A stretch of DNA of 55,272 bases from Deltaproteobacteria bacterium (GTDB lineage: Bacteria; Desulfobacterota; Binatia; UBA12015). The notes below the pieces were generated by a model. It was not told the origin of the DNA, did no database searches, and saw only the letters and a list, made by a program, of their open reading frames with translations. The translations under genes and the position numbers were made by a program. Of this stretch, positions 7,414-17,751 are shown piece by piece. Each line of letters begins with the position of its first letter. The first letter of the stretch is position 1. The stretch is from positions 1 through 55,272 of the forward strand of contig JAYGCM010000047.1 in the NCBI GenBank assembly GCA_046583355.1, given 5' to 3'.

Positions 7414-8514
7414 ATGGCCGCCAGTTCCGAAGAAATTTTCGCAGCGCTCAAGCAGATCCCCTTCCCAGGGTTCTCCCGCGACATCGTCTCTTTCGGTGTC
7501 GTCCGGGGGGTCAAGCTCGAAGGCGGCGAAACCATCGTCACCCTCGCTCCCCCCTCCGGGACTCCCGGTCTGGTCGAGAAAATCGCCCCGGAGATCGACA
7601 AAATCGTCGCCAGCTTTGCCGACGCAGCGCCGCTGCGCATCGTCGTCGAGGAAAGTACGCCCGATCCGGCCCAGGCACGCCAGCAGCCCGCAGGCGAGAA
7701 AGACGGTAAAGACGCGCATGAGGGCCATAGCCATGCCAAGCCCGCGCCGCGTGGCCCGCAAGCGATCCCCGGCGTAGCGCGCATCATCGCAATCGCCAGC
7801 GGCAAGGGCGGCGTCGGCAAATCGACCGTCGCTGTGAACCTCGCGCTAGCGCTCAAGGAATACGGCCGTGTCGGCCTGATGGACACCGATATCTACGGCC
7901 CAAGTGCCCCGATCCTGCTGGGCGCCGAGGACGCCAAAGCAAAGGTCACCCAGGACAAGCGCATCGTTCCGGTCGAGGTTCAGGGCATCCGCATGGTCTC
8001 GATGGCGCTTTTTGTCGAGCGCGAGCGCCCGATCATCTGGCGCGGCCCGATGCTGACGAAGCTGGTGGCCGAGTTCATCGGCAACACCGAGTGGGGCGAT
8101 CTCGACTTTCTCGTCCTCGACCTGCCACCCGGAACCGGCGACGTCCAGCTCACATTATCCCAGACGCTGAAGATGGATGGCGGCGTCATCGTCACCACAC
8201 CGCAAGATGTCGCTCTGGCCGATGTGCGACGGGGCGTGCGGATGTTCAAGCAGATGAATGTGCCCGTCCTCGGCGTGATCGAGAATATGGCCGGCCTGGT
8301 TTGCCGCCATTGCGGGGAAGAGACCAATATCTTCGGCCGCGGCGGCGGCGAGCGCATCGCCGAGGAGTTGAAGCTGCCCTTCCTCGGCGAGCTTCCGCTC
8401 GTCCCCGCGGTGGCAGAGCAAGGCGACGCGGGCGTGCCCATCGTGGTCGCGCTGCCCGACGAACCTGTCGCCATGCGCTTCCGCGAGATCGCCGCCGGCC
8501 TCGCCGAGAACTGA
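7414..8514 (+). CDS. apbC: Mrp/ApbC (NBP35) Fe-S cluster carrier ATPase
   Basis: N-terminal PFPGFSRDIVSFG domain; SGKGGVGKST, DIYGPS, WRGPM, DLPPGTGD, ENM..CRHC. Confidence 0.92.
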   Translation: MAASSEEIFAALKQIPFPGFSRDIVSFGVVRGVKLEGGETIVTLAPPSGTPGLVEKIAPEIDKIVASFADAAPLRIVVEESTPDPAQARQQPAGEKDGKDAHEGHSHAKPAPRGPQAIPGVARIIAIASGKGGVGKSTVAVNLALALKEYGRVGLMDTDIYGPSAPILLGAEDAKAKVTQDKRIVPVEVQGIRMVSMALFVERERPIIWRGPMLTKLVAEFIGNTEWGDLDFLVLDLPPGTGDVQLTLSQTLKMDGGVIVTTPQDVALADVRRGVRMFKQMNVPVLGVIENMAGLVCRHCGEETNIFGRGGGERIAEELKLPFLGELPLVPAVAEQGDAGVPIVVALPDEPVAMRFREIAAGLAEN

Positions 8515-8545
8515 GGCGCGCCCCGGCGCACGCCGCACGAGCCGA

Positions 8546-9622
8546 TCAGGCGATGGCGCGCTGGCGCAAGAGGTGGTCGCAGAGAACCAGCGCGACCATT
8601 GCTTCGACTACCGGCACGGCACGCGGCAACACACACGGATCATGGCGCCCCTGGGCCTCAAGGATGGTCGATTGCAGGTCGCTTTTGACGGTTTCCTGCG
8701 CTTTGCGAATCGTGCCGGTGGGCTTGAAGGCGGCGCGCAGCACGATGGCCTCGCCATTGGAGATGCCGCCCTGAATGCCGCCCGAGCGGTTGGTCCGCGT
8801 ACGCACCCGGCCGTCTTCGGCGTAGAAGGCATCGTTATGCTCAGAACCCGTGAGCAAAGTCCCGGCAAAGCCTGACCCCACCTCGAAGCCCTTGCAGGCC
8901 GGAATCGAGAGCATGGCGCGCGCGAGATCGGCATCGAGTTTGTCGAAGACCGGCTCGCCGAGGCCCGCCGGCAGACCATGCGCCACGCAGGTAACAACGC
9001 CACCCAGCGAGTCGCCCGCGCGCCGCGCGGCATCGATCGCATCGACCATGCGCGCGGCCGCCTGCGCGTCCGGGCAGCGTGTCGGCGTGGCCTCACATTG
9101 TTCGCGCGTGACCGTCATCGGGTCGACTTCGGCCTGGATATCCTTCACGGCACTGACATAGGCCGTGATCGGACCGACGCCATGCGCACGCAATACCTTC
9201 TGTGCGATAGCACCGGCGGCCACGCGACCAATCGTCTCGCGCGCACTGGCGCGCCCGCCGCCCTGCCAGTTGCGGATGCCGTATTTTGCCTCATAGGTGT
9301 AGTCCGCGTGCGAGGGCCGATAGGTGTCTTTCATCTCCTCATAGGCCGCCGAGCGGGCGTCGGAGTTGCGCACCAGGATGCCGATCGAGGTGCCCAGAGT
9401 CCGTCCCTCAAAGACGCCCGAGAGAATCTCAGCGCGGTCGGCCTCCTGGCGCGGCGTCGTCAGCTTGCTCTGGCCGGGGCGGCGGCGGTCGAGCTCGACT
9501 TGGATCTCCTCGACACTGAGTTCAATGCGTGGCGGGCAGCCATCGACAACCACGCCAACGCCGCCCCCATGCGACTCGCCAAAGGAGGTGATGCGAAAGA
9601 GATGACCGAAACTCGAACTCAC
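8546..9622 (-). CDS. aroC: Chorismate synthase
   Basis: [39 protein letters not shown]. Confidence 0.98.
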   Translation of the reverse strand: MSSSFGHLFRITSFGESHGGGVGVVVDGCPPRIELSVEEIQVELDRRRPGQSKLTTPRQEADRAEILSGVFEGRTLGTSIGILVRNSDARSAAYEEMKDTYRPSHADYTYEAKYGIRNWQGGGRASARETIGRVAAGAIAQKVLRAHGVGPITAYVSAVKDIQAEVDPMTVTREQCEATPTRCPDAQAAARMVDAIDAARRAGDSLGGVVTCVAHGLPAGLGEPVFDKLDADLARAMLSIPACKGFEVGSGFAGTLLTGSEHNDAFYAEDGRVRTRTNRSGGIQGGISNGEAIVLRAAFKPTGTIRKAQETVKSDLQSTILEAQGRHDPCVLPRAVPVVEAMVALVLCDHLLRQRAIA

Positions 9623-9694
9623 CCGCCCCAGTCTAACAAATCACGAGCGGTTCGTCGCCATATCCGCCGCACCCGGCCGGCCACTCAAACCGGC

Positions 9695-10063
9695 TCAGCG
9701 CGGCGAGACTACCGGCGACAAAGATACCGCGCCGGTTTCGGGGCGGGCGCGCACGATTTCGGGACGCGTGCGGATATCGGCCTCGATCTGCGCCAGCTCG
9801 CGAGCATGGAAGGCCAGCGCGATTTGCTCACGTGTGCCTCGACAGGCAGCCTGGGACGGCTCGACCAACTGGCGGGCGGCACGAAGGCGCAGCAGCGCTT
9901 CGGCCGTCAGCGCGTCCAATTTGCCATAATAGGTATAGAAATCCCGCGTTGCCGCACGGGATTCGCGGATGCTCGAAGCACAAAGGGGCCAGTCGCCCCA
10001 GCCGGCCGAGGCCACGGGGGCCGCATAGGCGATCAGGGCGACCGCGAGAACAATAGCGCGCAT
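9695..10063 (-). CDS. Hypothetical secreted protein
   Basis: Signal peptide MRAIVLAVALIAYAAPVASA; helical body with two Cys. Confidence 0.55.
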   Translation of the reverse strand: MRAIVLAVALIAYAAPVASAGWGDWPLCASSIRESRAATRDFYTYYGKLDALTAEALLRLRAARQLVEPSQAACRGTREQIALAFHARELAQIEADIRTRPEIVRARPETGAVSLSPVVSPR

Positions 10064-10262
10064 GATCTTTTTCTTTCTCCGTGGCGGGCTGAGGTGCAGC
10101 AGCATACTTCGCCCTCTCTGCTTACTAGCTGATCTGCCGGGGCCCGGACCATCCCCTTTTATCGAGCACGATACGGCGAACGCTTTGACTCGCCCGCCTC
10201 ACGTGGCTAAACCCGGCGGTTGGGTGGCCGGTCTTCGGCCCCGTCTCGGGGAGGAAAAAACG

Positions 10263-11483
10263 ATGGCAACGCGACGACTTCGGCTCAACTCATTGGCACA
10301 GGTTTCGATTCTCACAACCCTCATCAGCCTGGGCGGGCTGGTGGGCAGCGCATCGGCCGAGCCGTATATGGCGATCCGCGAGGGTCGTAAATGTTCGACC
10401 TGCCATGTGAACCTGACTGGCGGCGGCATGCGAACGCCGCTGGCCAACACCCACCTCGAGGACATCACACATTACCGCGATATCTTCCCCGAACTCGAAG
10501 CGGCTGCGCAGTCCTGGGACGGCCAGGTAAACAATTACTTCTCGCTCGGTGCCGACGTGCGCTTCGACAACTCGCTGGTCTTCCAGGATGTGCCCGGCGA
10601 GAACGGCGAGGTCGACAACGACAAATTCTTGCGCAGCAACGTCGATGAAAATATTCTCGATATGCGCCAGGCGAGCGTCTATTTCATGTTCGCGCCGGTC
10701 CCCGACTATCTCGAGATCTACCTCGACCAGAGCTTCGCGCCGGGCGGCACCACGACACGCGAAATTTTCGCCCAACTCAAAGGCGTGATGCCGTGGAACG
10801 GCTATGTGAAGGCGGGTAGATTTTTCGTCGACTACGGCCTTCGCACCGAGAACGACGACCTCGCCAGCCAGGGCAACGCCTCGCAGAACCTCTTTGTTCG
10901 CGGACGCACCGGCACCGATTTCAACGGCTATTACCCCGGCGTCGAGATCGGCTTTCAGCCCGGACCAATCTCGACTTCCTTGTCTATCACCGACGCGGCC
11001 GGAGCCTCTTCGGAGCCACGCATCACGGCCAACGCCTACGGTATCTTCCGCGATATGCCGGTGGTCGAGAATATTCTCACCGGGGGATCCTTCATGTGGG
11101 TGCCGAGCAACAACGGCGACACCTGGAATTGGGGCGTCTACGCCGGATCGAATTTCGGCCCGCTGGAATACCAGGCCGAGGTCGATTTCATCCATGCGCA
11201 AAACGAAACTCTGGGGCTATCCAAGAGCACTTTTGCCGCCTACGCCGAGGTCAACTACCTGCTGATGGGCTGGATCAATACCAAATTCTTCGGCGAGTAT
11301 GCGGACAATGATGGCCGTTGGGATACGCCCGATACGGCGCAGAACCGCTTCGGCTTCGGCATCGAGCCCTTTATTGGCCGCTTCCTCCAGCCGCGCCTCT
11401 TCTACACCTTTGCCAATGGCCCGCGCGACCGCCCCGAAACCAATCAGAGCCGACTGATCTTCGAACTGCATGCGTTCTTTTAG
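10263..11483 (+). CDS. Monoheme cytochrome c / outer-membrane beta-barrel fusion (Cyc2-like architecture)
   Basis: GGAGG RBS; signal peptide ending ASA; EPYMAIREGRKCSTCH; alternating beta-strand patterns; C-terminal LIFELHAFF. Confidence 0.75.
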   Translation: MATRRLRLNSLAQVSILTTLISLGGLVGSASAEPYMAIREGRKCSTCHVNLTGGGMRTPLANTHLEDITHYRDIFPELEAAAQSWDGQVNNYFSLGADVRFDNSLVFQDVPGENGEVDNDKFLRSNVDENILDMRQASVYFMFAPVPDYLEIYLDQSFAPGGTTTREIFAQLKGVMPWNGYVKAGRFFVDYGLRTENDDLASQGNASQNLFVRGRTGTDFNGYYPGVEIGFQPGPISTSLSITDAAGASSEPRITANAYGIFRDMPVVENILTGGSFMWVPSNNGDTWNWGVYAGSNFGPLEYQAEVDFIHAQNETLGLSKSTFAAYAEVNYLLMGWINTKFFGEYADNDGRWDTPDTAQNRFGFGIEPFIGRFLQPRLFYTFANGPRDRPETNQSRLIFELHAFF

Positions 11484-12568
11484 TGGCTAGCCTTGCTCAT
11501 AGGAGGAGCCACGCGCTCCTGCCCCTGCTCTGCCTGTCTCTGCTCCTCACGCTGGCCCAACCCGCCCGCGCCGAGGAGCCCGCGCTCGACTTCCCAGCCG
11601 AGTTCTCGATCCCCACAGGCATGGAGGGGCGCGTCGCCTTCTGGGTAGAGGTATTCGCCAAAACACCTCTCGCCGATGCCATCGTGCACGACCGAGAGAA
11701 CCCCGAGCGAGTGCTGGCGATCGTGCGCATGAAGAAAGGCAACCGCAAGGAGCGCCAGGCCATCGAGCGGCGCTACCGCAAGCTGCTCGAAGCCATTGCG
11801 GCGGCGCCGCCGGAGCGCCACGAGGCCATTCTCCAAGCCTTTGACGGCCCGCTGGACCGCCGCTGGCTTGGCATGAAACCCGCCGACCTGAGAATCCACC
11901 GCGGTCAATCCGAAGTCTTCGCGAACGGCCTTGCGCGCGCGCGCTTTTATTCGCGCGGCGTCAAGAAGGAACTGCGCAGCCGCGGACTCCCGGCCCTGCT
12001 CGCCCACCTCCCCTATATCGAGTCGTCCTACAACCCCAAGGCTCGCTCGCGAGCCGGCGCGCTCGGGCTCTGGCAACTCATGCCGCGCACCGCGCGGCAA
12101 TATATCCAGGTAAACCGCCGGCGCGACGAGCGCCGCGACCCGCAACGCTCCACCTATGCGGCGGCGCGCTACCTCAACGCCACGCACCGCGCATTGGGCA
12201 ATTGGCCGCTCGCCCTCACCGCCTACAACTACGGCCCCAGCGCCCTGCAACGGGCCATCAACCAGCATCAAACCACCGACCTGGCCGAGATCATCAAGCA
12301 CCACAAAGACCGCCGCTTCGGCTTTGCGGGCAAGAATTTCTATGCGCAATTTCTCGCCGCGGCGCATGTGGCCGAGAACGCAAGCTACTATTTCCCCGAT
12401 GTCGACACCTCCGAGATGGTCACCCATACGGTGCAACGTGGCGATACCCTCTGGGATATCGCGCGCCATTATGGCGTTAGCTTGAGCGCTCTCAAGCGCG
12501 CCAATACGCGAGAACTATCGCGCTCGCGCTACCTTAAGCCGGGCATCCGACTCGTCGTCGAAGGCTGA
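11483..12568 (+). CDS. Lytic transglycosylase (SLT) with LysM, MltD-like
   Basis: LPYIESSYNP, AGALGLWQLM, ALTAYNYG, HTVQRGDTLWDIARHYGV. Confidence 0.9.
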   Translation: MASLAHRRSHALLPLLCLSLLLTLAQPARAEEPALDFPAEFSIPTGMEGRVAFWVEVFAKTPLADAIVHDRENPERVLAIVRMKKGNRKERQAIERRYRKLLEAIAAAPPERHEAILQAFDGPLDRRWLGMKPADLRIHRGQSEVFANGLARARFYSRGVKKELRSRGLPALLAHLPYIESSYNPKARSRAGALGLWQLMPRTARQYIQVNRRRDERRDPQRSTYAAARYLNATHRALGNWPLALTAYNYGPSALQRAINQHQTTDLAEIIKHHKDRRFGFAGKNFYAQFLAAAHVAENASYYFPDVDTSEMVTHTVQRGDTLWDIARHYGVSLSALKRANTRELSRSRYLKPGIRLVVEG

Positions 12569-12585
12569 AGGCAAGCCCGCAAGCA

Positions 12586-13482
12586 TCAGGAAAAATACGC
12601 GCCCATCGAGGAGGCCCGAATCGAGAAAGCGCGCAACTCGCCGTCGCGGATCACGCGCAGATGCAGCTCGGATTCAGCCGTATGGCGCCAGATCGCACGA
12701 TAAAGAGAATGCCGGTCGCCCACTTCTTCGTCGTCTACGGCAAGCAATGAGTCCCCGGGCTGCAAACCAGCAGCTTCGGCCGGGCTATCGGGAAGAATGC
12801 CCGCCAGCATCACCTGCCGCCCTACCGTGATGCAGGTGATGCCGAGCCAGGCCCGCGGCGCCGGCGGCACCCAGATCCCGCTGCGTTCGATTGCCTCCAC
12901 CATGACGCCGGCATGCGACACCGGAATCGCCACAGTGAAGCGACCGACTTCCGCAAGCGAAAACGCCGAGACGCCGACCATCCGGCCGAGATTGTCGACC
13001 AGCGGACCGCCGCCCAGTCCCGGACTATCGACCGAGAAGAACAATGCCGGGTCAACAGCAAACTCCCAGAGTGCATCGAAGGGTTCCAATGCCGTGACGA
13101 ACCCACTACTTACCCGCCGTCCATCGCCGATACTCGCCACCAGGAAGGCCTCTTCGCCCACACCGACATCGGCAATCGAGCGCATTTCGAGCCCGCTCAG
13201 ATTGCCCTGGTCGGGCGCCACCAAGCCCAGGCCGGTATCGAAATCGACGCCCACGACGCGGCCCTGAATCCTGCGCTCGTCGTGCAGCGTAAGTTCGACC
13301 TGATCGGCTCCGATCAGCAGATAATGGGCCGTGACGATCAGGCCGCTGCCGGCCAGGATCGTACCGGTCCCCATACGCTCGGTGCCGAGAATACGCGCCG
13401 AGGCGTGGTCCGCCGCGATCTCGCTATAAATATGGACCGTCGTGGGTAACGCCTGGCGAAGGAGGTGAAGCGAGGCGTTCAA
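12586..13482 (-). CDS. Trypsin-like (S1C) domain plus PDZ protein
   Basis: GTGTIL..IVTAHYL, GGPLVDNLGRMVGV, WLGI..SPAEAAGLQPGD. Confidence 0.85.
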   Translation of the reverse strand: MNASLHLLRQALPTTVHIYSEIAADHASARILGTERMGTGTILAGSGLIVTAHYLLIGADQVELTLHDERRIQGRVVGVDFDTGLGLVAPDQGNLSGLEMRSIADVGVGEEAFLVASIGDGRRVSSGFVTALEPFDALWEFAVDPALFFSVDSPGLGGGPLVDNLGRMVGVSAFSLAEVGRFTVAIPVSHAGVMVEAIERSGIWVPPAPRAWLGITCITVGRQVMLAGILPDSPAEAAGLQPGDSLLAVDDEEVGDRHSLYRAIWRHTAESELHLRVIRDGELRAFSIRASSMGAYFS

Positions 13483-13539
13483 CGCGCTACCTCAATGGGG
13501 CGGATCGCTGCTCTGCTGCGCCGCTTCCGCAACCTGCTG

Positions 13540-14895
13540 ATGGTATCCGTCGAACTCAAAAAAGAACTCCCTGCCCGGGTACTCTTCCGGGCGATTCAAC
13601 AGGAAAAGGGCGTTGTTTGGATCGACCGGGCAACCGGGGGCGGCCCCAGTTTTATGGCGTTTTCCCCGGCGTCGCAACTGATGATCGCAAGAGAGAGCAC
13701 AGGCGGCCTGGACGCCATCGCCGAGTTTGTCCGCCGCGCTACGCCCGACGACGCCGGATCCGTGGTGCCGCATACCTTCGGCTTCCTCGGCTACGATCTC
13801 GCCACCACCGCCGAGCCGCGAATGGAATTGCGCCACGACGCCGCTGCCTGCCTGCCGCGCGCGCACCTCGCGCATTACGATATCGTCTTCCGCTGCGATC
13901 CGCGCAGCGCAGCACCCGATGCACCGTGCCGCATCACGGCCTGGGGCCATGCGAGCCGCAAGCTCGCGGCCGTGGTCGCCACCGTGGAAGCCCGGCTGGA
14001 CGCCTGGGTTACAAAGCCCGAAGAAGATGACCGAGAAGGCCGACTCGTCCAATGGCCGCCAGAAGCCCCCTACTGCGCTGCGGTCAAGCGCGCGCTCGAA
14101 TATATCGCGGCTGGCGATATCTACCAGCTGAACCTGGCCGGACGCCTGGTGGGCGAGACCGAGCAGAGCCATGCGACTACCTACCTGCGCCTGCGCCAGG
14201 CCCAGCCCGTGCCCTTCGGCGTCTATTTCGACGCCGGAGATTTCAAACTGCTGTCGAACTCGCCCGAGCGCTTCCTGCGCGTACACGGCGACGCCATCAC
14301 AACCGAGCCGATCAAGGGCACGCGACGCCGCGATGCCGACACCGACCGTGACCATGGCCTCGCCCAGGAATTGCGCATGGACCCCAAGGAACGCGCGGAG
14401 AACGTGATGATCGTCGACCTGGAGCGCAACGATCTCGGCCGTATCTGTGCGCGCGGCAGCGTACACGTCCCTTCCCTGCTGCGCGTCGAGTCCTGGTCGA
14501 CGCTGCACCATCTGGTCTCCACCGTGTCGGGCCGGCTGCGGCCCGACACCACATTGGACGCCATCCTGCGTGCGACCTTTCCCGGCGGCTCGATCACCGG
14601 CGCACCCAAGATCCGTGCGAGCCAGATCATTGCCGAGCTCGAAGACCAGGCGCGCGAAATCTACACCGGCTCGTTTTTCGCTTTTACCGGCCCACGCGAT
14701 TTCGATTCGAGCATTCTCATTCGCACCGCCATCGCACGCGGGACTCGCCTGAGCTATCACGCCGGCTGCGGCATCGTCGCGGACTCCGACCCGGGCCGTG
14801 AATATGCCGAGCTCTGGCTGAAGGCCCGCCCGTTTCTGAGTGCACTCGGAATCCCGCCAACACAGCCGATTTCGATGCACGAGGAAAACGCATGA
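13540..14895 (+). CDS. pabB: Aminodeoxychorismate synthase component I (chorismate-binding)
   Basis: GDIYQLNL, SPERF, PIKGT, AENVMIVDLERNDL, FPGGSITGAPKIRA. Alternative start at 13495. Confidence 0.85.
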   Translation: MVSVELKKELPARVLFRAIQQEKGVVWIDRATGGGPSFMAFSPASQLMIARESTGGLDAIAEFVRRATPDDAGSVVPHTFGFLGYDLATTAEPRMELRHDAAACLPRAHLAHYDIVFRCDPRSAAPDAPCRITAWGHASRKLAAVVATVEARLDAWVTKPEEDDREGRLVQWPPEAPYCAAVKRALEYIAAGDIYQLNLAGRLVGETEQSHATTYLRLRQAQPVPFGVYFDAGDFKLLSNSPERFLRVHGDAITTEPIKGTRRRDADTDRDHGLAQELRMDPKERAENVMIVDLERNDLGRICARGSVHVPSLLRVESWSTLHHLVSTVSGRLRPDTTLDAILRATFPGGSITGAPKIRASQIIAELEDQAREIYTGSFFAFTGPRDFDSSILIRTAIARGTRLSYHAGCGIVADSDPGREYAELWLKARPFLSALGIPPTQPISMHEENA

Positions 14896-15794
14896 AGCGC
14901 GCGAAAACCAATCCACCACGAGCCTATGTCTGGCTGAATGGCCGGATCCTGCCCGAAGCGCGTGCGCAGATTTCGATCCTTGACCGAGGATTTCTCTACG
15001 GCGATGCCATCTTCGAGACCGTGCGCATCTACAGCGGCCGGCCTTTCCTGTGGCGCCGCCACTACCAGCGCATGACGCGAAGCATGGACCTGCTCGGCAT
15101 GCGCCAGCCCAAGGCCGACCTTGCCAAGGCACTTCTCGAACTCACCTCGGCCTGTCGCTTCGAAGACGGTGCCATCCGCATCACGATCACCCGCGGTGTC
15201 GCCGAGGGCCTGGTTCCGCCCGACGAATTGGAACCCACCGTGCTGCTGATGTCGCGCAGCATTCCGCCCGGCCTCGAAGAATGGCGCAATGCCGGTGTCG
15301 GCGTCATCCGTCTGCCCTTTGGCCATGGCGGCAAGACCATCGTCACCGGCCACAAAACGACTGAGTATGCGACCGCCGTGCAAGGACGTATTCTGGCGCG
15401 ACGCGCCGAAGCCTTCGAGGCGATCTATGTGGAGGCCGACGGCAAGATCAGCGAGGCCACCACGGCAAACGTATTTGCGGTCTTCGGCAAAACGCTACAG
15501 ACGCCGCCGCTCTCGGCCGGCTGCCTGCCCGGCATCACCCGTCAATTGGTCCTCGAGATCGCCGAGCGAGCCGGCTACCAGGTGCGCGAGACCCCGCTCG
15601 CAGCCACCCGACTCGACCGCGCGCGGGAGATCTTTCTGACCGGCACCGTAAGCGAAGTCCTGCCTGTTGTGACGCTTGACGGCGCTCCGGTAGGCGATGG
15701 GCTCCCGGGCCCTATCACAACCAAACTCGGCGCCATCTATGCCGAACGGATCCGCCGCCACAGGCGCGCGGCGAGCCGAAAGGTCAAAGTCTGA
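14892..15794 (+). CDS. Class IV aminotransferase / 4-amino-4-deoxychorismate lyase (PabC-like)
   Basis: DRGFLYGDAIFET, HKTT, EATTAN, LPGITR; ATGA overlap with pabB. Confidence 0.85.
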   Translation: MKRAKTNPPRAYVWLNGRILPEARAQISILDRGFLYGDAIFETVRIYSGRPFLWRRHYQRMTRSMDLLGMRQPKADLAKALLELTSACRFEDGAIRITITRGVAEGLVPPDELEPTVLLMSRSIPPGLEEWRNAGVGVIRLPFGHGGKTIVTGHKTTEYATAVQGRILARRAEAFEAIYVEADGKISEATTANVFAVFGKTLQTPPLSAGCLPGITRQLVLEIAERAGYQVRETPLAATRLDRAREIFLTGTVSEVLPVVTLDGAPVGDGLPGPITTKLGAIYAERIRRHRRAASRKVKV

Positions 15795-17707
15795 TGGCAG
15801 TCCTGAGCGCACGCGACCTCAAACGTCGCTACGACGAACGCAAGATCCTGGACGGCGTCGCCCTCTCCATCGAAGAAGGCGAGCGCGTTGGTCTGGTCGG
15901 CGACAACGGCGCAGGCAAGAGTACGCTGGGGCGGATCCTCGCCGGTGCCGAGGCTCCCGACGAAGGCATCCTGGCGCGCGCGCGCCAGGCCCGCGTCGAC
16001 TATCTCCCACAAGAACCCGAACTGCCCGCGGACCGCACCATTCTGGAGGTGGTCGGTGCCAGCCTCAAGGCGTGGACGGCGGCGATGGCACGCTACGAAA
16101 AAGCCACCGAGGCCCTGGGCACAACCACCGACGCAGCCGAACTTGACCGCCTGGTGACCGAGCAAATGGCGGCCGCCGATGCCATCGAGCACGAAGGCGG
16201 CTGGGAGCGGCTGCATGAGGCCGAGTCCATCATCGGCCACCTCGGCCTGACCGATTCCTCGCGCGTAATCGGCACGCTGAGCGGCGGCGAGCGGCGCCGG
16301 GTCGCGCTGGCGCAGATTCTTGTAGATGCACCTGAGCTCGCGATCCTCGACGAACCGACCAACCATCTCGATATCCCAACCATCGAATGGCTCGAAGAAT
16401 ATCTGTGCCAGACCTTCAAGGGCGCGCTGCTGCTGATCACCCACGATAGGGCCGTGCTGGAAAACCTCACCACGCGCACCCTCGAAATCCACGACGGCCA
16501 GGTCCGCAGCTACGATGGCGGCTATATCGCCTACCTGGAAGCGCGTGCCGAGCGCACCGCACATGCCGAGCGCAGTGAGCGTAACCGACAGAATTTTCTG
16601 CGCCGCGAGCTCGAGTGGCTACGCCGCTCCCCGCAGGCACGCAGCACCAAACAAAAGGCGCGCATCGACCGCGTCGAAGCCGTGCGCGACCAGGATGGCC
16701 CGGCGCGCAAGCGCACCATCTCGATGCAAACAGGAACCAGCCGGCTCGGCCGAACCGTTCTGACATTGCAGGATCTGCGCCTGGAACGTGGCGGCAACGT
16801 TCTCATCGAGAAGCTGACGATGGCCCTGGGCAAGGGCGAACGCGTCGGCATCATCGGCCCCAATGGCGCCGGCAAGACCAGCCTTTTCCTGCATCTTCTG
16901 GGCGAGCTCGCCAGCAGCCACGGCGAGAAAACCATTGGCATCAATACGAAGATCGGCCACCTCGACCAGGAACGCAGCGGCCTCAACCCGGACCTGACAA
17001 TTTTTGCGATGCTGGCCGAAGACCGCCAGCAGGTCAATGTTGGTGGCGAATCCCTGAGCATTGCCGTCTGGCTCGAGCGTTTTCTCTTCGACCGAAGGGA
17101 GCAACGCGCGCGGATCTCCACCCTCTCCGGCGGCGAGCGCGCGCGGGTCTGCCTCGCCCGCCTACTCGCCGAAGAATCCAACCTCTTGCTCTTCGACGAA
17201 CCCACCAACGACCTCGACACGAGCACATTGGCCGCGCTCGAAGAGATGCTGATCACCTACCCCGGCAGCGCCCTCATCATCAGCCATGACCGCTGGTTCC
17301 TGGACCGCGTCGCCACCTCCATTTTGGCCTTTGATGGAGATGGCCACGTCGAACTGACGGCGGGAAATTATTCGGATTGGAAAGAGCGCGGCGGTGCGCC
17401 CGTGGCCCCCGCCGAGTCGGTGAAAGCGCGTCCTGCGCCGGCCGTGACAAAGCCGATCGCCGCCAAGGCCCGAGCGAAGAAATTGAGCTTCCAGGAAGAG
17501 CGCGAACTCGAGGGACTCCTGGCCTCTGTCGAGAGCGCCGAGGCCGATGTCACAGCCGTTGAGGCCGTCTTGGCAGACCCCGAAACCTACCGCTCACGCG
17601 GGGACGAGGTCGCTATCTTGCAAAAAGAACGTGCCCGCCACCAGGCCGAGGTAGAGCGCAAGATGGCACGCTGGGAAGAACTCGAAGGTCGCAAAGCCGC
17701 TTCTTGA
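15794..17707 (+). CDS. uup: ABC-F family ATPase (Uup-like)
   Basis: Two ABC cassettes (GDNGAGKS, GPNGAGKT, LSGGE, DEPTN), linker ELEWLRRSPQARSTKQKAR, C-terminal KKLSFQE..RWEELE. Confidence 0.88.
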   Translation: MAVLSARDLKRRYDERKILDGVALSIEEGERVGLVGDNGAGKSTLGRILAGAEAPDEGILARARQARVDYLPQEPELPADRTILEVVGASLKAWTAAMARYEKATEALGTTTDAAELDRLVTEQMAAADAIEHEGGWERLHEAESIIGHLGLTDSSRVIGTLSGGERRRVALAQILVDAPELAILDEPTNHLDIPTIEWLEEYLCQTFKGALLLITHDRAVLENLTTRTLEIHDGQVRSYDGGYIAYLEARAERTAHAERSERNRQNFLRRELEWLRRSPQARSTKQKARIDRVEAVRDQDGPARKRTISMQTGTSRLGRTVLTLQDLRLERGGNVLIEKLTMALGKGERVGIIGPNGAGKTSLFLHLLGELASSHGEKTIGINTKIGHLDQERSGLNPDLTIFAMLAEDRQQVNVGGESLSIAVWLERFLFDRREQRARISTLSGGERARVCLARLLAEESNLLLFDEPTNDLDTSTLAALEEMLITYPGSALIISHDRWFLDRVATSILAFDGDGHVELTAGNYSDWKERGGAPVAPAESVKARPAPAVTKPIAAKARAKKLSFQEERELEGLLASVESAEADVTAVEAVLADPETYRSRGDEVAILQKERARHQAEVERKMARWEELEGRKAAS

Positions 17708-17751
17708 CCCGCACTGCTCGCCACTATCCGCAGAGGCGCAGGCCGACTCTC

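Noticed and set aside
10185..10213. sigma70 promoter TTGACT-N17-TAAACC
   Set aside because: The -10 box lacks the conserved final T; too weak to call.
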